Origin: a candidate division FCPU426 bacterium
Lineage (GTDB): Bacteria; Oederibacteriota; Muellerivitia; Muellerivitales; Muellerivitaceae
NCBI GenBank assembly: GCA_963738405.1
Contig: CAVTWJ010000022.1
Span: forward strand, 1 to 64,000
Length of the DNA: 64,000 bases
Reading direction: 5' to 3'
A program made the translations under genes and the position numbers. How positions within the stretch are numbered: position 1 is the first letter of the stretch; the number at the start of each line of letters is the position of its first letter. Below the pieces are notes generated by a model. The model had not been told where the DNA came from. It did not search any database and worked only from the letters and a program-made list of their open reading frames with translations. Below, one piece after another: positions 19,629 to 30,512 of this stretch.

Positions 19629-22600
19629 TTAACGCAACACGAGCAGTTTCGAGACCTGACGGCCCTGGGGCCAGTCCAAGACCAGGTAATAAAGTCCGTT
19701 CGCCAGGGTCCCGCCCCGGTCGTCCCGCAGATCCAAGGTGTAGCTCCAGAGGCCAACTGCAAGGTTTCCTAGATTGATGTCCCTGACTTTGCGGAACACC
19801 AAAGTAAAGACCTTCAAATGGGCTGACGTGAGGGCCGAATCGAGTTGCACGGTAACGGTCACCTGGCTTGCCTCCGCCGGGTTCGGGTAGGAAATAAGCT
19901 CAGGCGGCGCGAAGGGTGTCGGAATCGGCGTGGGGCTGTTCGTAGGAAGATTCGTAGGGGTTGGGGAAGGCGTCGGGGATTGTGTGGCGGTGGGGGTGGC
20001 CGAAGCCGTGCTTGAAACGGTTGGGGTGGCCGTAGAGGTGTTGGTGCGGGTCGTCGTGGCGGTCGCCGTCTGGCTGTTCGTGGGGGAGGAAGTTAGGGTC
20101 GCGGTAAGGGTGGCCGTGGGGGTAGAAGTGGGAGTGGCAGTGGGAGTGGCAGTGGTTGTCCGGGTGGCGGTCTGGGTGGGGCTGTTGGTGGTTGTGAAAG
20201 TCGCCGTAAAGGTGGGGGTTGCCGTCGGGGTTGCGGTGGTTGTGGCGGTTTGAGTAAAGGTCCCCGTGTTGGTCACAGTCGAAGTGGACGTGAAAGTTTG
20301 AGTTTGGGTCGGGGTATTCGTCACCGTAAAGGTAGAAGTCGAAGTTGGGCTGTCCGTGGGCGTGGCGGTTTCAGTAAAGGTCGGGCTGTCGGTAGGCGTA
20401 TCCGTCACCGTAAAGGTGGAAGTCGAAGTTGGGCTGTCGGTGGGAGTTGCGGTTTCAGTGAAGGTCGGGCTGTCGGTAGGCGTATCCGTCACGGTAAAGG
20501 TTTCTGTTTCAGTGGGGGTTTCGGTGGTTGTTTCGGTTTCGGTATAGGTCGGGCTGTCGGTGGGCGTATCCGTCACCGTGCTGGTTTCAGTCTCGGTAGG
20601 CGTTTCCGTAGACGTAGCGGTGGGGGAGGCCGTAGGCGTCGTCGAATCCGTTTCGGTTTCCGTCGGGGTTGAGGTGTTGGTGGGGCTGTCCGTAGGCGTA
20701 TCGGTCACGGTAAAGGTTTCTGTTTCAGTGGGGGTTTCGGTGGTTGTTTCCGTTTCGGTATAGGTCGGGCTGTCCGTCGGTGTTTCGGTTGCCGTAAAGG
20801 TTTCGGTTGAGGTGGGTGAATCGGTGGGACTGTCAGTGGGAGTATCCGTCGAGGTAACGGTTGGGCTATCCGTTGGGGTCTCGGTATCGGTAAAAGTTTC
20901 TGTTTCAGTGGGGGAATCGGTGGTTGTTTCGGTATCCGTCAGGGTCGGGCTGTCGGTGGGTGTATCCGTCACCGTTTCCGTCAAGGTTTCCGTCGGCGTG
21001 GCGGTTTCGGTATGGGTCGCGGTCGAAGTGGGGCTGTCGGTAGGGGTCGAAGTTTCGGTTTCCGTATCGGTAATAGTCGGGCTATCGGTTGGGGTGGGCG
21101 TTTCCGTGGGCGAAAGGGTTTGGGTATAACTGGGGGTGATGGTGAAGGTATCAGAAGAGGTGGCCGTGGGGGTGGGGGTCGCGGTGGGGGCGATATAAGC
21201 ATAGGCGCCGAAATCTGGGGGGCTGTTGAGGGTCGTGCCGAGGATATCGGCAGTGATGCCCGAAACCGCGATCCCATCGCCGATGGACTGGGAACTGGAT
21301 ATCAGCTCCAGGTTTTCGCTCCCCGCCGTGGAATTGGTAAATTCCACCGCCGCGGTGGAGATTTTATTATGGGTCCCCAAGGTCAGGCTTCCCGTAACGG
21401 TCGGCAGGGTCTTAAAGGTGCAGTAATCGAAATTGATGGGTCCGCCGCCGGTGGTGTAGCCGACTTCCGAGGCGCCGGTAGAGGTAAAAATACAATCGGT
21501 GACCCCGCAGGAATCGTTTCCGGTCGGGATGCTGATTCCGTTTTTGTTGTTCACGAAATCGTCGTAATAAAACAGGTTTTTGGTGTTGTTCCCGCCCCCG
21601 CTTTCGGTGATGGCCCAGCCGTTGCCGACATCCTTGATGACCGTATCCACTATATAAAGGTAATCATTGGCGGATTTTAAATTGATGCCCGAGGTGGAAT
21701 TGATGTTGCCGGTGATTTGGCACCCGACGAGGTTGTAGCCATAGCCTGAAACCGGCAGCACGTCGTCCGTTTGGGCAGAAGTGAATTGGCAATGGAGAAA
21801 GGTCACCGGCGCCGCCCCCCAGCTGTTCGTGAAGAGGGTGGTGACGGCCACCAGGTGGTTGAAGACAATGTTATTGAAAGTGATCGTGCCGCCCTGGGTA
21901 TCCTCCGTGATGTTGGCGTTGAGGTTGACTGTCTGGGGCAACCCGGCGCTTTGCACCGTGAAGGATTTTCCGGCCGCTCCGAAGGCGGTGGTTTCGGTCG
22001 TGGGGCCGTTGACCTGGATGGTTTGTCCCGTTAAGACCGCCGCCACGGCTAATTGCAAAGTCGCGTAGCTGTTGCCCGTTCCCAAAATCGTCACCGGGGG
22101 TCCGCTGGGGGTGTTGGTAACGGTGGGTGACAGGGTAATCGTCGGGGTAAGGGTGATGGTGTAGGTCGGGGTAGGGGTTGAGGTATAGGAAGAAGTCCAG
22201 GAGGGCGTAAAGGTGCAGGTGTTTCCCAACCCGTCGGTGCAGACCGTATTGGTGGGCGTGTCGGTGGGGGTATTGGTGGGGGTGGCGGAAGGGGTCGGCG
22301 TGTTGGTGGGCCCGGTGGAAACATATTCATAGGCGCCCGAGGCCCAATTGGAGGCCGGCGGGTTGGGGCGGGTCACATCGTCATGGTCGATGAGGCCGGC
22401 AGCGAAGATCCCGCTGGCGGGAACCGAGGCGAGGGTCTTTCCGAAATTGTAGGACATGGCGGTGGTGGAAGCTAAATGGAGGTCTTCCGACCCGACGGTG
22501 GAGTTGATGAATTCGGTCGGATAAAAGGACGGCGTATTGGTACTGCAGGCCGTGAAGGCCGGGGTGGCCGTCTGGGTAATGTTGGTATTGTAAAAAACAT

Positions 22601-23531
22601 CGTTTTGAAATTGGCTGAATTTGGTGTTGCTGTTGATATCGGTCGTGGCGTTATCAGCGAAAACCGAATTGACCACCGTGACCCCCGTGGTGGCCGCCAA
22701 AATGCCGGTTTTGCAGTTGAAAAAGGTGTCGTTGTTGAAAAGGGCGGTTCCCCACGCGTCGCTGTTGGTCAGGTTCACGCCCGCCGTCGTGAAGTCGTTG
22801 AATTGGCAGTTTTCAAAATAAAACGAGGGCTTGGCTTCCCCGCCCACCGAATCCCCGAAGGCATAGGTGGTATTGTTGCTCGTGCTATTGCCCGTGAAAT
22901 CACAGCGGATGAATTGGATGCCGTTGGTGCCGAGTTTTTGATTGCCGAAAAGAAACATCCCCCCGTTCCCGGCGGTCGAGGTGCTTCGTTTGAAACCGCA
23001 ATTGATGAAAACAAAGTTTCCGGTATTCGTCAGGTTCGACCAGGCCCCGTCGAACAGCAGTCCGCCCGAGGCCCCGGTGGTCTGGTTGTCAAAGGACACG
23101 TTGACGAAAGTCAGGGCCGCCGACCCCGAATTGATGCCCGCCGTTTGAAACAAGGCGCCAACGCCCGCGCCCGTGTAGGTAATGGTGTAGGCCCTCGCCG
23201 TTGAGGTCTGGGTGAAACCGGTGGTTCCGGAGGATTCGATGGTTAATTTCGTGCTCCAATTAGCCGGAAAAACCACCCCGCTGGTGTCGTTCTTGGTGAG
23301 GATGATGACTTGGTTGGTATTTCCGGCGCTTGCGGTAATGGCGGCGAGTAATGAAGTGTAGGTGACGGTGCCCGAAGCCACCGTGCCGACGTAGCAGGGG
23401 TTGGAGGCCGCGCCCTGGGCGGATTGGGGGATAAAACCCCAAACGAAAAAGAGCGGAAGCGCCCAAAAGAGTTTCAGCTTCCGCAGAACGCGAAAAACCT
23501 TGAGAATAAATTTTAAATCAAAAAAAGCCAT
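19629..23531 (-). CDS. Large secreted protein: two right-handed beta-helix/choice-of-anchor-Q-like modules, Thr-rich stalk, T9SS-like CTD
   Basis: Two modules from Y(T/A)(S/T)LxxA to EFxNSTxGSE(D/N)L...GAY(E/A)Y; CTD YPNP...[10 protein letters not shown]...LANGLYY...KLLVLR. Confidence 0.8.
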   Translation of the reverse strand: MAFFDLKFILKVFRVLRKLKLFWALPLFFVWGFIPQSAQGAASNPCYVGTVASGTVTYTSLLAAITASAGNTNQVIILTKNDTSGVVFPANWSTKLTIESSGTTGFTQTSTARAYTITYTGAGVGALFQTAGINSGSAALTFVNVSFDNQTTGASGGLLFDGAWSNLTNTGNFVFINCGFKRSTSTAGNGGMFLFGNQKLGTNGIQFIRCDFTGNSTSNNTTYAFGDSVGGEAKPSFYFENCQFNDFTTAGVNLTNSDAWGTALFNNDTFFNCKTGILAATTGVTVVNSVFADNATTDINSNTKFSQFQNDVFYNTNITQTATPAFTACSTNTPSFYPTEFINSTVGSEDLHLASTTAMSYNFGKTLASVPASGIFAAGLIDHDDVTRPNPPASNWASGAYEYVSTGPTNTPTPSATPTNTPTDTPTNTVCTDGLGNTCTFTPSWTSSYTSTPTPTYTITLTPTITLSPTVTNTPSGPPVTILGTGNSYATLQLAVAAVLTGQTIQVNGPTTETTAFGAAGKSFTVQSAGLPQTVNLNANITEDTQGGTITFNNIVFNHLVAVTTLFTNSWGAAPVTFLHCQFTSAQTDDVLPVSGYGYNLVGCQITGNINSTSGINLKSANDYLYIVDTVIKDVGNGWAITESGGGNNTKNLFYYDDFVNNKNGISIPTGNDSCGVTDCIFTSTGASEVGYTTGGGPINFDYCTFKTLPTVTGSLTLGTHNKISTAAVEFTNSTAGSENLELISSSQSIGDGIAVSGITADILGTTLNSPPDFGAYAYIAPTATPTPTATSSDTFTITPSYTQTLSPTETPTPTDSPTITDTETETSTPTDSPTSTATHTETATPTETLTETVTDTPTDSPTLTDTETTTDSPTETETFTDTETPTDSPTVTSTDTPTDSPTDSPTSTETFTATETPTDSPTYTETETTTETPTETETFTVTDTPTDSPTNTSTPTETETDSTTPTASPTATSTETPTETETSTVTDTPTDSPTYTETETTTETPTETETFTVTDTPTDSPTFTETATPTDSPTSTSTFTVTDTPTDSPTFTETATPTDSPTSTSTFTVTNTPTQTQTFTSTSTVTNTGTFTQTATTTATPTATPTFTATFTTTNSPTQTATRTTTATPTATPTSTPTATLTATLTSSPTNSQTATATTTRTNTSTATPTVSSTASATPTATQSPTPSPTPTNLPTNSPTPIPTPFAPPELISYPNPAEASQVTVTVQLDSALTSAHLKVFTLVFRKVRDINLGNLAVGLWSYTLDLRDDRGGTLANGLYYLVLDWPQGRQVSKLLVLR

Positions 23532-23624
23532 TCAAACCCTCAAAAGTAATTTGACTCGGGGGGATCAGTGCCGCGGTTTCAACCGGGACCAACACCTATT
23601 TAGGATGTATTTTGGAGATGGAGA

Positions 23625-23644
23625 GCCGAGACTTGCAGGTGGGG
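23625..23644 (-). promoter_or_regulatory. Conserved 20-nt leader motif, copy 1 (CCCCACCTGCAAGTCTCGGC)
   Basis: 19/20 identical to 60181-60200; both lie upstream of large secreted-protein genes in the same orientation. Confidence 0.55.
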
Positions 23645-23776
23645 GCTTTTGTTGTCCGCTTTACGATATGCCTTTATTTTGCGTCTAAAGGGCGGGTTGA
23701 ACCATGACCGCCGTCATCAACATCAATAGTTTAACAGGCAAAATTCCATATCGAAATGATACATCCCAAGGTTTAG

Positions 23777-24349
23777 CTAATCGAAGTAATGAAACACCGG
23801 CTTCTCAAACCCTCCCAATGCCAGGGCCACACGCCCCAAGCTTCCCCAAAAGCGGAAGATCTCCGCCCAAAAATCGGGCTGGTTCACAAAACTTTCTGTC
23901 ATATCAAAATAATAGGGCTCAACATGAATGGATGTCCCCATTAGGTAATAGCGGGTTAAAAAAAGGGCCCGGGGCATGTGGTACCAGCTGGTCACCAATA
24001 GGCCTTTTCGGTATCCCCCTTGTTTGAGAAACCGCACGGCATTGCGGGCGTTTTGATCGGTGGTTCGGGCGTAATGGTCCACGACTACCGAACCCCAAGA
24101 CACTCCTATCTTCTGTTCAAAATCCTTCGGGCCGCCGTAAGTGTCGGATACAAACAATGGCAAATGGTACCGATTGGCCAAGGCCAACCCCGCCTCGCTT
24201 CGGCCAAGCTTACCCCCATAAACTAAAACCACATCCCCAGAAGAAGGGTCAGTTGTTGATGTCCGATAGATGGTTTGGAAATAAAGCCATTCACCGCCGA
24301 AGGAAAACAAAACCAAAAGGCCGAAAAGTAGTAACCATTTCTTCTTCAT
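23777..24349 (-). CDS. YdcF/ElyC (DUF218) family protein
   Basis: DVVLVYGG, TTDQNA, LLVTSWYHMPRA; N-terminal TM. Confidence 0.85.
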   Translation of the reverse strand: MKKKWLLLFGLLVLFSFGGEWLYFQTIYRTSTTDPSSGDVVLVYGGKLGRSEAGLALANRYHLPLFVSDTYGGPKDFEQKIGVSWGSVVVDHYARTTDQNARNAVRFLKQGGYRKGLLVTSWYHMPRALFLTRYYLMGTSIHVEPYYFDMTESFVNQPDFWAEIFRFWGSLGRVALALGGFEKPVFHYFD

Positions 24350-24492
24350 TTCAAATCCATTCCCTTGGAAGACATATATAAGAGACTTTAGACCCCCGAT
24401 ACCCGCAAATTGAGACCGGCTATCAGGAATATGTTATACTTTTGCCCTTCGCAAGGGTTTATCGTGTCTCTTAGTAAATTCAAGAAGGAATC

Positions 24493-25278
24493 ATGACTTT
24501 CCAATCCTCCCGACACCGACACCTCATTCAATTGATGGCCCTTTTTCTTTCGGCCTTGATGATTGCCCCGGGCGCCTTCGCCCAAATCTCCGGGAATAGC
24601 CATAAAACCCATTCGCACACTAAAAAATCAGTCCCAACCGACCCTCCCGCCGATTCCTACCCACCCCTCCTCATCGGTCCCGGTGATCTTCTTACTATAG
24701 ATGTGGTCGGCTTCGACCGCAGTATCGGCGGAATGGTTTCAACCGGAAGTTCGGGCGGTTCCAGCGGGTCGGGATTACCTGATACCTACCTGGTGGATTC
24801 CAACGGCGAGATCTTTTACCCTTTCTTGGGCGAAGTGGATTTAAAGGGCCTCAGCCAAATCGACGCCAGCTTGCTCTTGATGAAGAAGCTGAAAGGCTAT
24901 CTCAAGTTCCCCCAGGTGACAGTCCTAATCCAATCTTCCAACACCTATAACGTCTCGGTGATTGGAAACGTTGGCAAACCGGGCCAATTCATGATCCGCG
25001 GCAAACCGGACCTGCTTTCCATTCTTTCTCAGGCGGGCGGTCCCGCCCCCAACTCGGATTTGGGGGGCGTTTTGTTGACGCGCGGTACTACAAAATTGCA
25101 TGTTGATTTGGGGAAATTATTGACCGACAAGGATTATCACGAAGCGGCGCCTACGGTTTATCCCGGAGATATCATTTACGTTCCACAAAACATCTGGCCC
25201 ACTATTACTGAGGTGGGTGCATTTCTGGGAATTCTCGTTACCGCGATCGTCGTCACGAACGATTTGTCTAAACATTAG
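24493..25278 (+). CDS. wza: Polysaccharide export protein (Wza/OPX family, SLBB domain)
   Basis: IGPGDLL, VDSNGEIFYPFLGEV, PQVTV, VIGNVGKPG, AGG, PGDIIYVP. Confidence 0.88.
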   Translation: MTFQSSRHRHLIQLMALFLSALMIAPGAFAQISGNSHKTHSHTKKSVPTDPPADSYPPLLIGPGDLLTIDVVGFDRSIGGMVSTGSSGGSSGSGLPDTYLVDSNGEIFYPFLGEVDLKGLSQIDASLLLMKKLKGYLKFPQVTVLIQSSNTYNVSVIGNVGKPGQFMIRGKPDLLSILSQAGGPAPNSDLGGVLLTRGTTKLHVDLGKLLTDKDYHEAAPTVYPGDIIYVPQNIWPTITEVGAFLGILVTAIVVTNDLSKH

Positions 25279-25326
25279 GCCGTTTTTAAACCATCCTATC
25301 GGCTTTGCCGATGTCAAAAATAAGTT

Positions 25327-25357
25327 TTTCTTGGTGTCTTAGTGGCTTGGTGGTGAA
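25327..25357 (-). repeat. Copy of the CACCACCAAG-N-CAAG short repeat family
   Basis: Minus strand TTCACCACCAAGCCACTAAGACACCAAGAA, similar to copies at 43102, 43716-43745 and 50777. Confidence 0.7.
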
Positions 25358-25392
25358 ATATTAGTTGTTTCCATTAATCAATCGGAGAGCCC

Positions 25393-27171
25393 TTGCAAAC
25401 AAACCCACCAACACCTGAAAGAAGGGAGGAATTTTCCCTCCTGCAGGACGACTTATACGATGCCGAAACCTGGGACATTAAGGATATCTTCAAGACTCTT
25501 GTCCACCACCGGTGGTTCATCTTTTGGTCGGTGTTCTTTTGCCTGGGTCTGGGCGGGTTTTATAACCATTACGCCCCCAAAACCTTTGTGTCCCATAGCA
25601 CGGTGGAACTGCCCACCAATAACGCCCAAACCACCAATTCGGCTATCCGTTCCCTGGCTTCCCTGCCCACCACTGGCGACCCCATCCAAACCTACGTTGA
25701 CATCGCCCAATCCGTTACCGTGGCTTCCTACGTCATTCAAAAACTAGATCTATTGAACAATGCGCATTTTGAGAATTATTCGTGGAAAAAACAAAAGTGG
25801 TCCAAACCTTCCGAACAGGGTTTGGAAAGTTATTTGATTGGAAAAGTCATCTTGATCGGGGGTACCAAAGCATCCGACATAATGCGCATCCAGGCCTCCA
25901 TTCCAAACGACCCCCAACTAGCCGCTGAAATTGCCAATGCCTGGGCGGATGCCTTTATCCAGGTTAACCTCGCCATTAGCCAGGACAGCGCCAAGAAAGA
26001 ATATGAATTCGTCCATAACCAGTTGGCGGTTATGAAGGACAAGCTGGAAAGGGACCGGCAGATCCGAAATAATTACCTGAACCCCTCCAATGAAGCCCAA
26101 TCGGATGAGGTCATTTATAGTATGCTTCTCCAACAGGATCAGCAGAGCCAAATCCAGGCCAATGCGGACACCTCAGGCATCGTGGTTATTGACCGTGCTC
26201 AGGTGCCCCAAGGCCATGTTTGGCCCAACCTGATCGTTTGCGCCATTTTGGGTTTGTTTTTGGGCCTAGCAGTCGGTATCCAAGGCGCCTTTTTCTTCGA
26301 TAAATTTCAGGACCGCATCAAGTCAGATGATGACATGAAAAGAGCGACCGGCCTTATCCAATTGGCCCAGGTTCCCAACTTCCGGCGTGAACGCGGCAAA
26401 CTTATTTTCGCCACATCCGACCTTTTCTCAAGAAAGCACCTCATCAGCGACGACCGTTTTCAATTCTCCTCCTACCGGGAGAGTTTCAAGGTTTTGCGGA
26501 CTAACCTCACTTTTTCCAATATCGACTTAAAAGCGAAAACCTTGGTGGTTTTATCCCCCAGTTCCAATGAGGGAAAAACCTTGGTGAATGCGGACTTGGC
26601 TCTAGCCCTGGCCGAAATGGGCAAAAAGGTTTTGCTAGTTGATGCGGACCTTAGAAAACCTACTGTCAATGTGCTTTTCGGAGCCGAGGTTAATGAGAAC
26701 ATCGGGCTTCCACTGCTACTCGCGGGGAAGGGTAAATTGGCGGATATGCTGGTTGAATCGGGTTTTGAAAACCTGACCCTCCTTCCTAACAGTACTGCCC
26801 CGCCAAACCCCGCCGAGCTTTTGGCTTCGGATTCCTTTAGGAAAATCGTGGATGAGATGAAAACCGAATTTGATTACGTTATTTTCGACGGGGCGCCCGT
26901 TTTACCGGTCACCGACTCGGTGGCCATGGCCGCTCAATTGGATGGCGTCATCCTGCTTGGCCGTTGGGACCAGACAAGACGATCCGAATTCCGCCGTGCC
27001 TACCAGCAATTGCGGTCAGTAAACGTAAAGATTCTGGGAAGTATCTTAAATTCCATTGAAGTACATCGTGGCATGTACGGTTACTATGGCTACAGCTATG
27101 GATATGGCTATGGTTACGGGAAAAAAAACAATGGTTCGAAATCAGACGTTAAAAACCCCAAAAAGGCATAA
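25393..27171 (+). CDS. wzc: Polysaccharide co-polymerase/tyrosine kinase
   Basis: Wzz-like N-terminus; ESFKVLRTNL, Walker A SSNEGKT, LLVDADLRKP, PPNPAELL, FDGAP; C-terminal YGYYGYSYGYGYGY cluster. Confidence 0.92.
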   Translation: MQTNPPTPERREEFSLLQDDLYDAETWDIKDIFKTLVHHRWFIFWSVFFCLGLGGFYNHYAPKTFVSHSTVELPTNNAQTTNSAIRSLASLPTTGDPIQTYVDIAQSVTVASYVIQKLDLLNNAHFENYSWKKQKWSKPSEQGLESYLIGKVILIGGTKASDIMRIQASIPNDPQLAAEIANAWADAFIQVNLAISQDSAKKEYEFVHNQLAVMKDKLERDRQIRNNYLNPSNEAQSDEVIYSMLLQQDQQSQIQANADTSGIVVIDRAQVPQGHVWPNLIVCAILGLFLGLAVGIQGAFFFDKFQDRIKSDDDMKRATGLIQLAQVPNFRRERGKLIFATSDLFSRKHLISDDRFQFSSYRESFKVLRTNLTFSNIDLKAKTLVVLSPSSNEGKTLVNADLALALAEMGKKVLLVDADLRKPTVNVLFGAEVNENIGLPLLLAGKGKLADMLVESGFENLTLLPNSTAPPNPAELLASDSFRKIVDEMKTEFDYVIFDGAPVLPVTDSVAMAAQLDGVILLGRWDQTRRSEFRRAYQQLRSVNVKILGSILNSIEVHRGMYGYYGYSYGYGYGYGKKNNGSKSDVKNPKKA

Positions 27172-27237
27172 GCTTTCCCAAGTATTCCGGGCATCAATCG
27201 AAAATCGGTAACTCAACCAACGTCCAGGGTCATTGAA

Positions 27238-28422
27238 TTGAGGCCTCCTTCAATGCAGAAAAAAAAACACCGTTCCAAAAATCCCTCCTTTGGTATTCCC
27301 GAATTAGATAAGGCTATTATCCCGGTTACCCGCCCTTTCCTTCCACCGTTGAAGGAATTCGTCCCCTACCTTCGTAAGATTTGGGAAACCCAATGGTTAA
27401 CAAACAACGGCCCATTCCATCAACAATTAGAAAAAGAATTGGCAACTTACTTGGGCGTTCAGCACATTTCCCTTTTCACAAACGGAACCATCGCTCTAGT
27501 TACAGCTCTGCAGGCCCTCGGCATCACGGGAGAAGTCATCACAACTCCCTATTCATTCGTCGCTACCGCCCATGCCCTCAAGTGGAACAACCTCACTCCT
27601 GTCTTTGCAGATATAGACCCCCAAACCATGAATCTTGATCCGGTAAAGGTTGAGGCCGCGATTACTCCAAAAACACAGGCCATCCTTCCCGTTCATTGTT
27701 ACGGAAGAGTTTGCGACATCGATCGATTCAAAAGAATAGCAAAAAAATATCATTTGAAATTAATTTACGACGCAGCTCATGCCTTTGGAGTGAACGATGG
27801 CGTGGGAAGCATCCTTCGACATGGCGACCTTTCAGTTCTCAGTTTTCATGCCACCAAGGTTTTCAATACGTTTGAAGGTGGAGCCATCGTAAGTCCAAAC
27901 GTCAAAACCAAACAAAAGATCGACTATCTCAAGAACTTCGGTTTTGAGAACGAGCTTAACGTCACTGAAGTTGGCATCAACGGGAAGATGAATGAGATTC
28001 AAGCGGCCTTCGGTTTGGTTCAACTCAAACATATGGGCGAAGTGATGTCAAAACGAATGGCCATCGATGCCCAATACCGTGCAGGTTTAAAAAACATAAA
28101 TGGCATTTGCATTCTTGAACCACAGCCCAATGTAACCACCAACATGGGCTACTTCCCCATTCTAATTAGCGGCGCCTACCCGATGAAAAGAGATGGGCTT
28201 TATGCCTTTTTGAAACATAAAAATATTTTTGTCCGCCGCTACTTTTACCCTCTGATTAGCAATATGGAAATGTACCGTTCCTTGGCATCATCCGCGCAAA
28301 ACAACTTACCGGTTGCGAATAAAATATCCAAACAAATTATCTGCTTGCCGATTTACCCAAAAATGAAAAACTCCGAGGTAAATCATGTAATCCATTCGAT
28401 CCTTAACGGCATAACCACTTAG
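27238..28422 (+). CDS. vioA: DegT/DnrJ/EryC1/StrS aminotransferase, VioA-like
   Basis: VTRPFLP, WLTNNGP, YDAAHAFG, SFHATKVFNTFEGG, NGKMNE, RRYFYP. Confidence 0.85.
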   Translation: MRPPSMQKKKHRSKNPSFGIPELDKAIIPVTRPFLPPLKEFVPYLRKIWETQWLTNNGPFHQQLEKELATYLGVQHISLFTNGTIALVTALQALGITGEVITTPYSFVATAHALKWNNLTPVFADIDPQTMNLDPVKVEAAITPKTQAILPVHCYGRVCDIDRFKRIAKKYHLKLIYDAAHAFGVNDGVGSILRHGDLSVLSFHATKVFNTFEGGAIVSPNVKTKQKIDYLKNFGFENELNVTEVGINGKMNEIQAAFGLVQLKHMGEVMSKRMAIDAQYRAGLKNINGICILEPQPNVTTNMGYFPILISGAYPMKRDGLYAFLKHKNIFVRRYFYPLISNMEMYRSLASSAQNNLPVANKISKQIICLPIYPKMKNSEVNHVIHSILNGITT

Positions 28423-28448
28423 TTTTATTTTTTCGGGAGAAGACAACG

Positions 28449-29159
28449 ATGCGTTTGGGATTTATGCAGCCATATTTTTTCCCCTATATTGGATATTTTG
28501 ATCTTATAAACTGTTCAGATCGGTGGATTGTTTTTGATACAGTCCAATTTATCAAGCAAGGCTGGATCAATCGAAACCGTATCCTTCACCCCAAAACCGG
28601 TTGGCAATATATTACGATTCCAATTAAAAACGGCCCCCACAACGTGCCTATACTCGAGGTTGAAACAAAAAACCCTGCTGAATGGCGTTCCTTGATTACA
28701 GGACAACTTGAGCATTATAGAAAAAGAGCCCCCCACTACGATGAAACAATCAATTTAGTTAAGAACTGCTTGGGCATTGAAGAAAATAACCTTTCAAAAC
28801 TGAACGTTCATATTCTCGATACTGTCTGTCATTACTTAGACATAACTTTCAATTATTCAATTTTCTCACAGATGAACCTATCATTAAAAAATATCGAAGA
28901 ATCCGGCGATTGGGCCCTTCGCCTTTGCGAAACTTTAGGCGCCAAGGAATACATTAATCCACCAAATGGAATAAATCTCTATGACCCGGAACGTTTTAAT
29001 TCCTGCGGGATCAAATTAATAATTCAAGAACAAGCCGATTTCGTTTATTCCTGCAAGGGATATGCTTTTGAACCAAACCTTTCCATAATTGACGCTTTAA
29101 TGTGGAATACCAAAGAAGAAATTAAAGATTACTTAAATTCGCGAAAAAAGAAACTTTAA
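28449..29159 (+). CDS. wbqC: WbqC family protein (putative glycyltransferase)
   Basis: MQPYFFPYIGYF, GWINRNRI, YINP..G, LSIIDALM. Confidence 0.9.
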   Translation: MRLGFMQPYFFPYIGYFDLINCSDRWIVFDTVQFIKQGWINRNRILHPKTGWQYITIPIKNGPHNVPILEVETKNPAEWRSLITGQLEHYRKRAPHYDETINLVKNCLGIEENNLSKLNVHILDTVCHYLDITFNYSIFSQMNLSLKNIEESGDWALRLCETLGAKEYINPPNGINLYDPERFNSCGIKLIIQEQADFVYSCKGYAFEPNLSIIDALMWNTKEEIKDYLNSRKKKL

Positions 29160-29161
29160 AA

Positions 29162-29641
29162 ATGCCTCTTGAGAAAAACCCCCAGAATCCGCCTCTTCGC
29201 CAGACCGACTTATCATTCAACGAGGTACTTTCGTTCATAACAGAAAATGACCTCAACTTCGAACCTCCCTTGTCAAGCCGCATTGGCAGTTTAGAAAAAT
29301 ACGTCGATAAACTTTTCCTCAACGCAACCTTTTTCCACAAACGGGAAAACGGCAATTTGGTAGCGATCGTTGCGACCTACTTAAATGATTTTAAAACTAA
29401 AGTGGCTTATATCTCTTATGTCTACGTCAAATCCGACTACAGGAAGAAAGGTATCGCAAAACGTTTATTATTAGACACGTTTAAAAAAGCAAAACAAGCC
29501 GGAATGCGCGAAATAAAATTAGAAGTCCTCAGCGCAAACACCGAAGCAAAAATTTTATACACGGGATTAGGTTTCACTGAAGTTGAAAAATCTTCCTTCA
29601 ATTCAGTTTACATGAAATTAAGTCTTGAGTTTTTCTCGTAA
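29162..29641 (+). CDS. GNAT N-acetyltransferase
   Basis: V..DYRKKGIAKRLL, LEV...N..A..LY..LGF. Confidence 0.85.
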   Translation: MPLEKNPQNPPLRQTDLSFNEVLSFITENDLNFEPPLSSRIGSLEKYVDKLFLNATFFHKRENGNLVAIVATYLNDFKTKVAYISYVYVKSDYRKKGIAKRLLLDTFKKAKQAGMREIKLEVLSANTEAKILYTGLGFTEVEKSSFNSVYMKLSLEFFS

Positions 29642-29741
29642 CCTAACACAAGCGAAATTGGGTTAAATTTTAAAAAGGCCTCAGGAATATCCAGACCTTA
29701 GTTGTAATAGATATATTCTTGATTTAAGAGAGAGCGCGAAA

Positions 29742-30395
29742 GTGAAAATTGGAATTAGAAGTGTTTTTTTAAAAATAACAAAAATAATTGTTTCTCCTGT
29801 TTGTTTATCAACTTATCGAAAAGTAAACAATGTTGTTAGAAAACCTTTTGTGAAAAGGAAGCTTTCTTCCCATACGAAACTTCATCTGGCTTGTGGCAAC
29901 CATATAATGGAAGGCTGGGCGAATATTGATCTTAATGGTATAAATCAAGTAGTCGAGTGGGATCTTACAAATCGTCTCCCAATACTTCCAGGTACAATCG
30001 AATTTATCTATTCCGAACATTTTATTGAGCATATAACTTTATCACAGGGAAGAAGGTTGTTAACTGAGTGTTACGAAGCCTTACGAATTGGAGGCGTAAT
30101 TAGAATAAGCACCCCTAACTTGCATATATTGATCGGTGACTATTTTTCTTTCAAAACCGGTAAATTTCTCGATGTAGGATGGAACCCAAAGACTCCATGT
30201 CAATTAATCAACGAAGGCATGAGACTTTGGGGCCACCAATTCGTTTACGATCTTCCGGAATTGAAACAAATGCTTACAAAAATTGGGTTTCGAAAAATAA
30301 TCGAACAAAAATGGCACGAAAGTTCTTATCAAGCACTTAAAGACCTGGAATGCCGACCATTTCACGGCGAAATTATCCTAGAAGCTATTAAATAA
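29742..30395 (+). CDS. SAM-dependent methyltransferase domain protein
   Basis: KLHLACG..GWANID, YSEHFIEH, L..GGVIRISTP. Confidence 0.8.
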   Translation: MKIGIRSVFLKITKIIVSPVCLSTYRKVNNVVRKPFVKRKLSSHTKLHLACGNHIMEGWANIDLNGINQVVEWDLTNRLPILPGTIEFIYSEHFIEHITLSQGRRLLTECYEALRIGGVIRISTPNLHILIGDYFSFKTGKFLDVGWNPKTPCQLINEGMRLWGHQFVYDLPELKQMLTKIGFRKIIEQKWHESSYQALKDLECRPFHGEIILEAIK

Positions 30396-30512
30396 ATTTC
30401 TAAGGAAATATTGTGACTCAAATGGCCTATAAGAATAATACAATAATTATTTCCGTTTTGTGTTTTTCCGAAAAGTTTCGATCGATTATTAATAAAATTT
30501 CGTTAAGTATTC

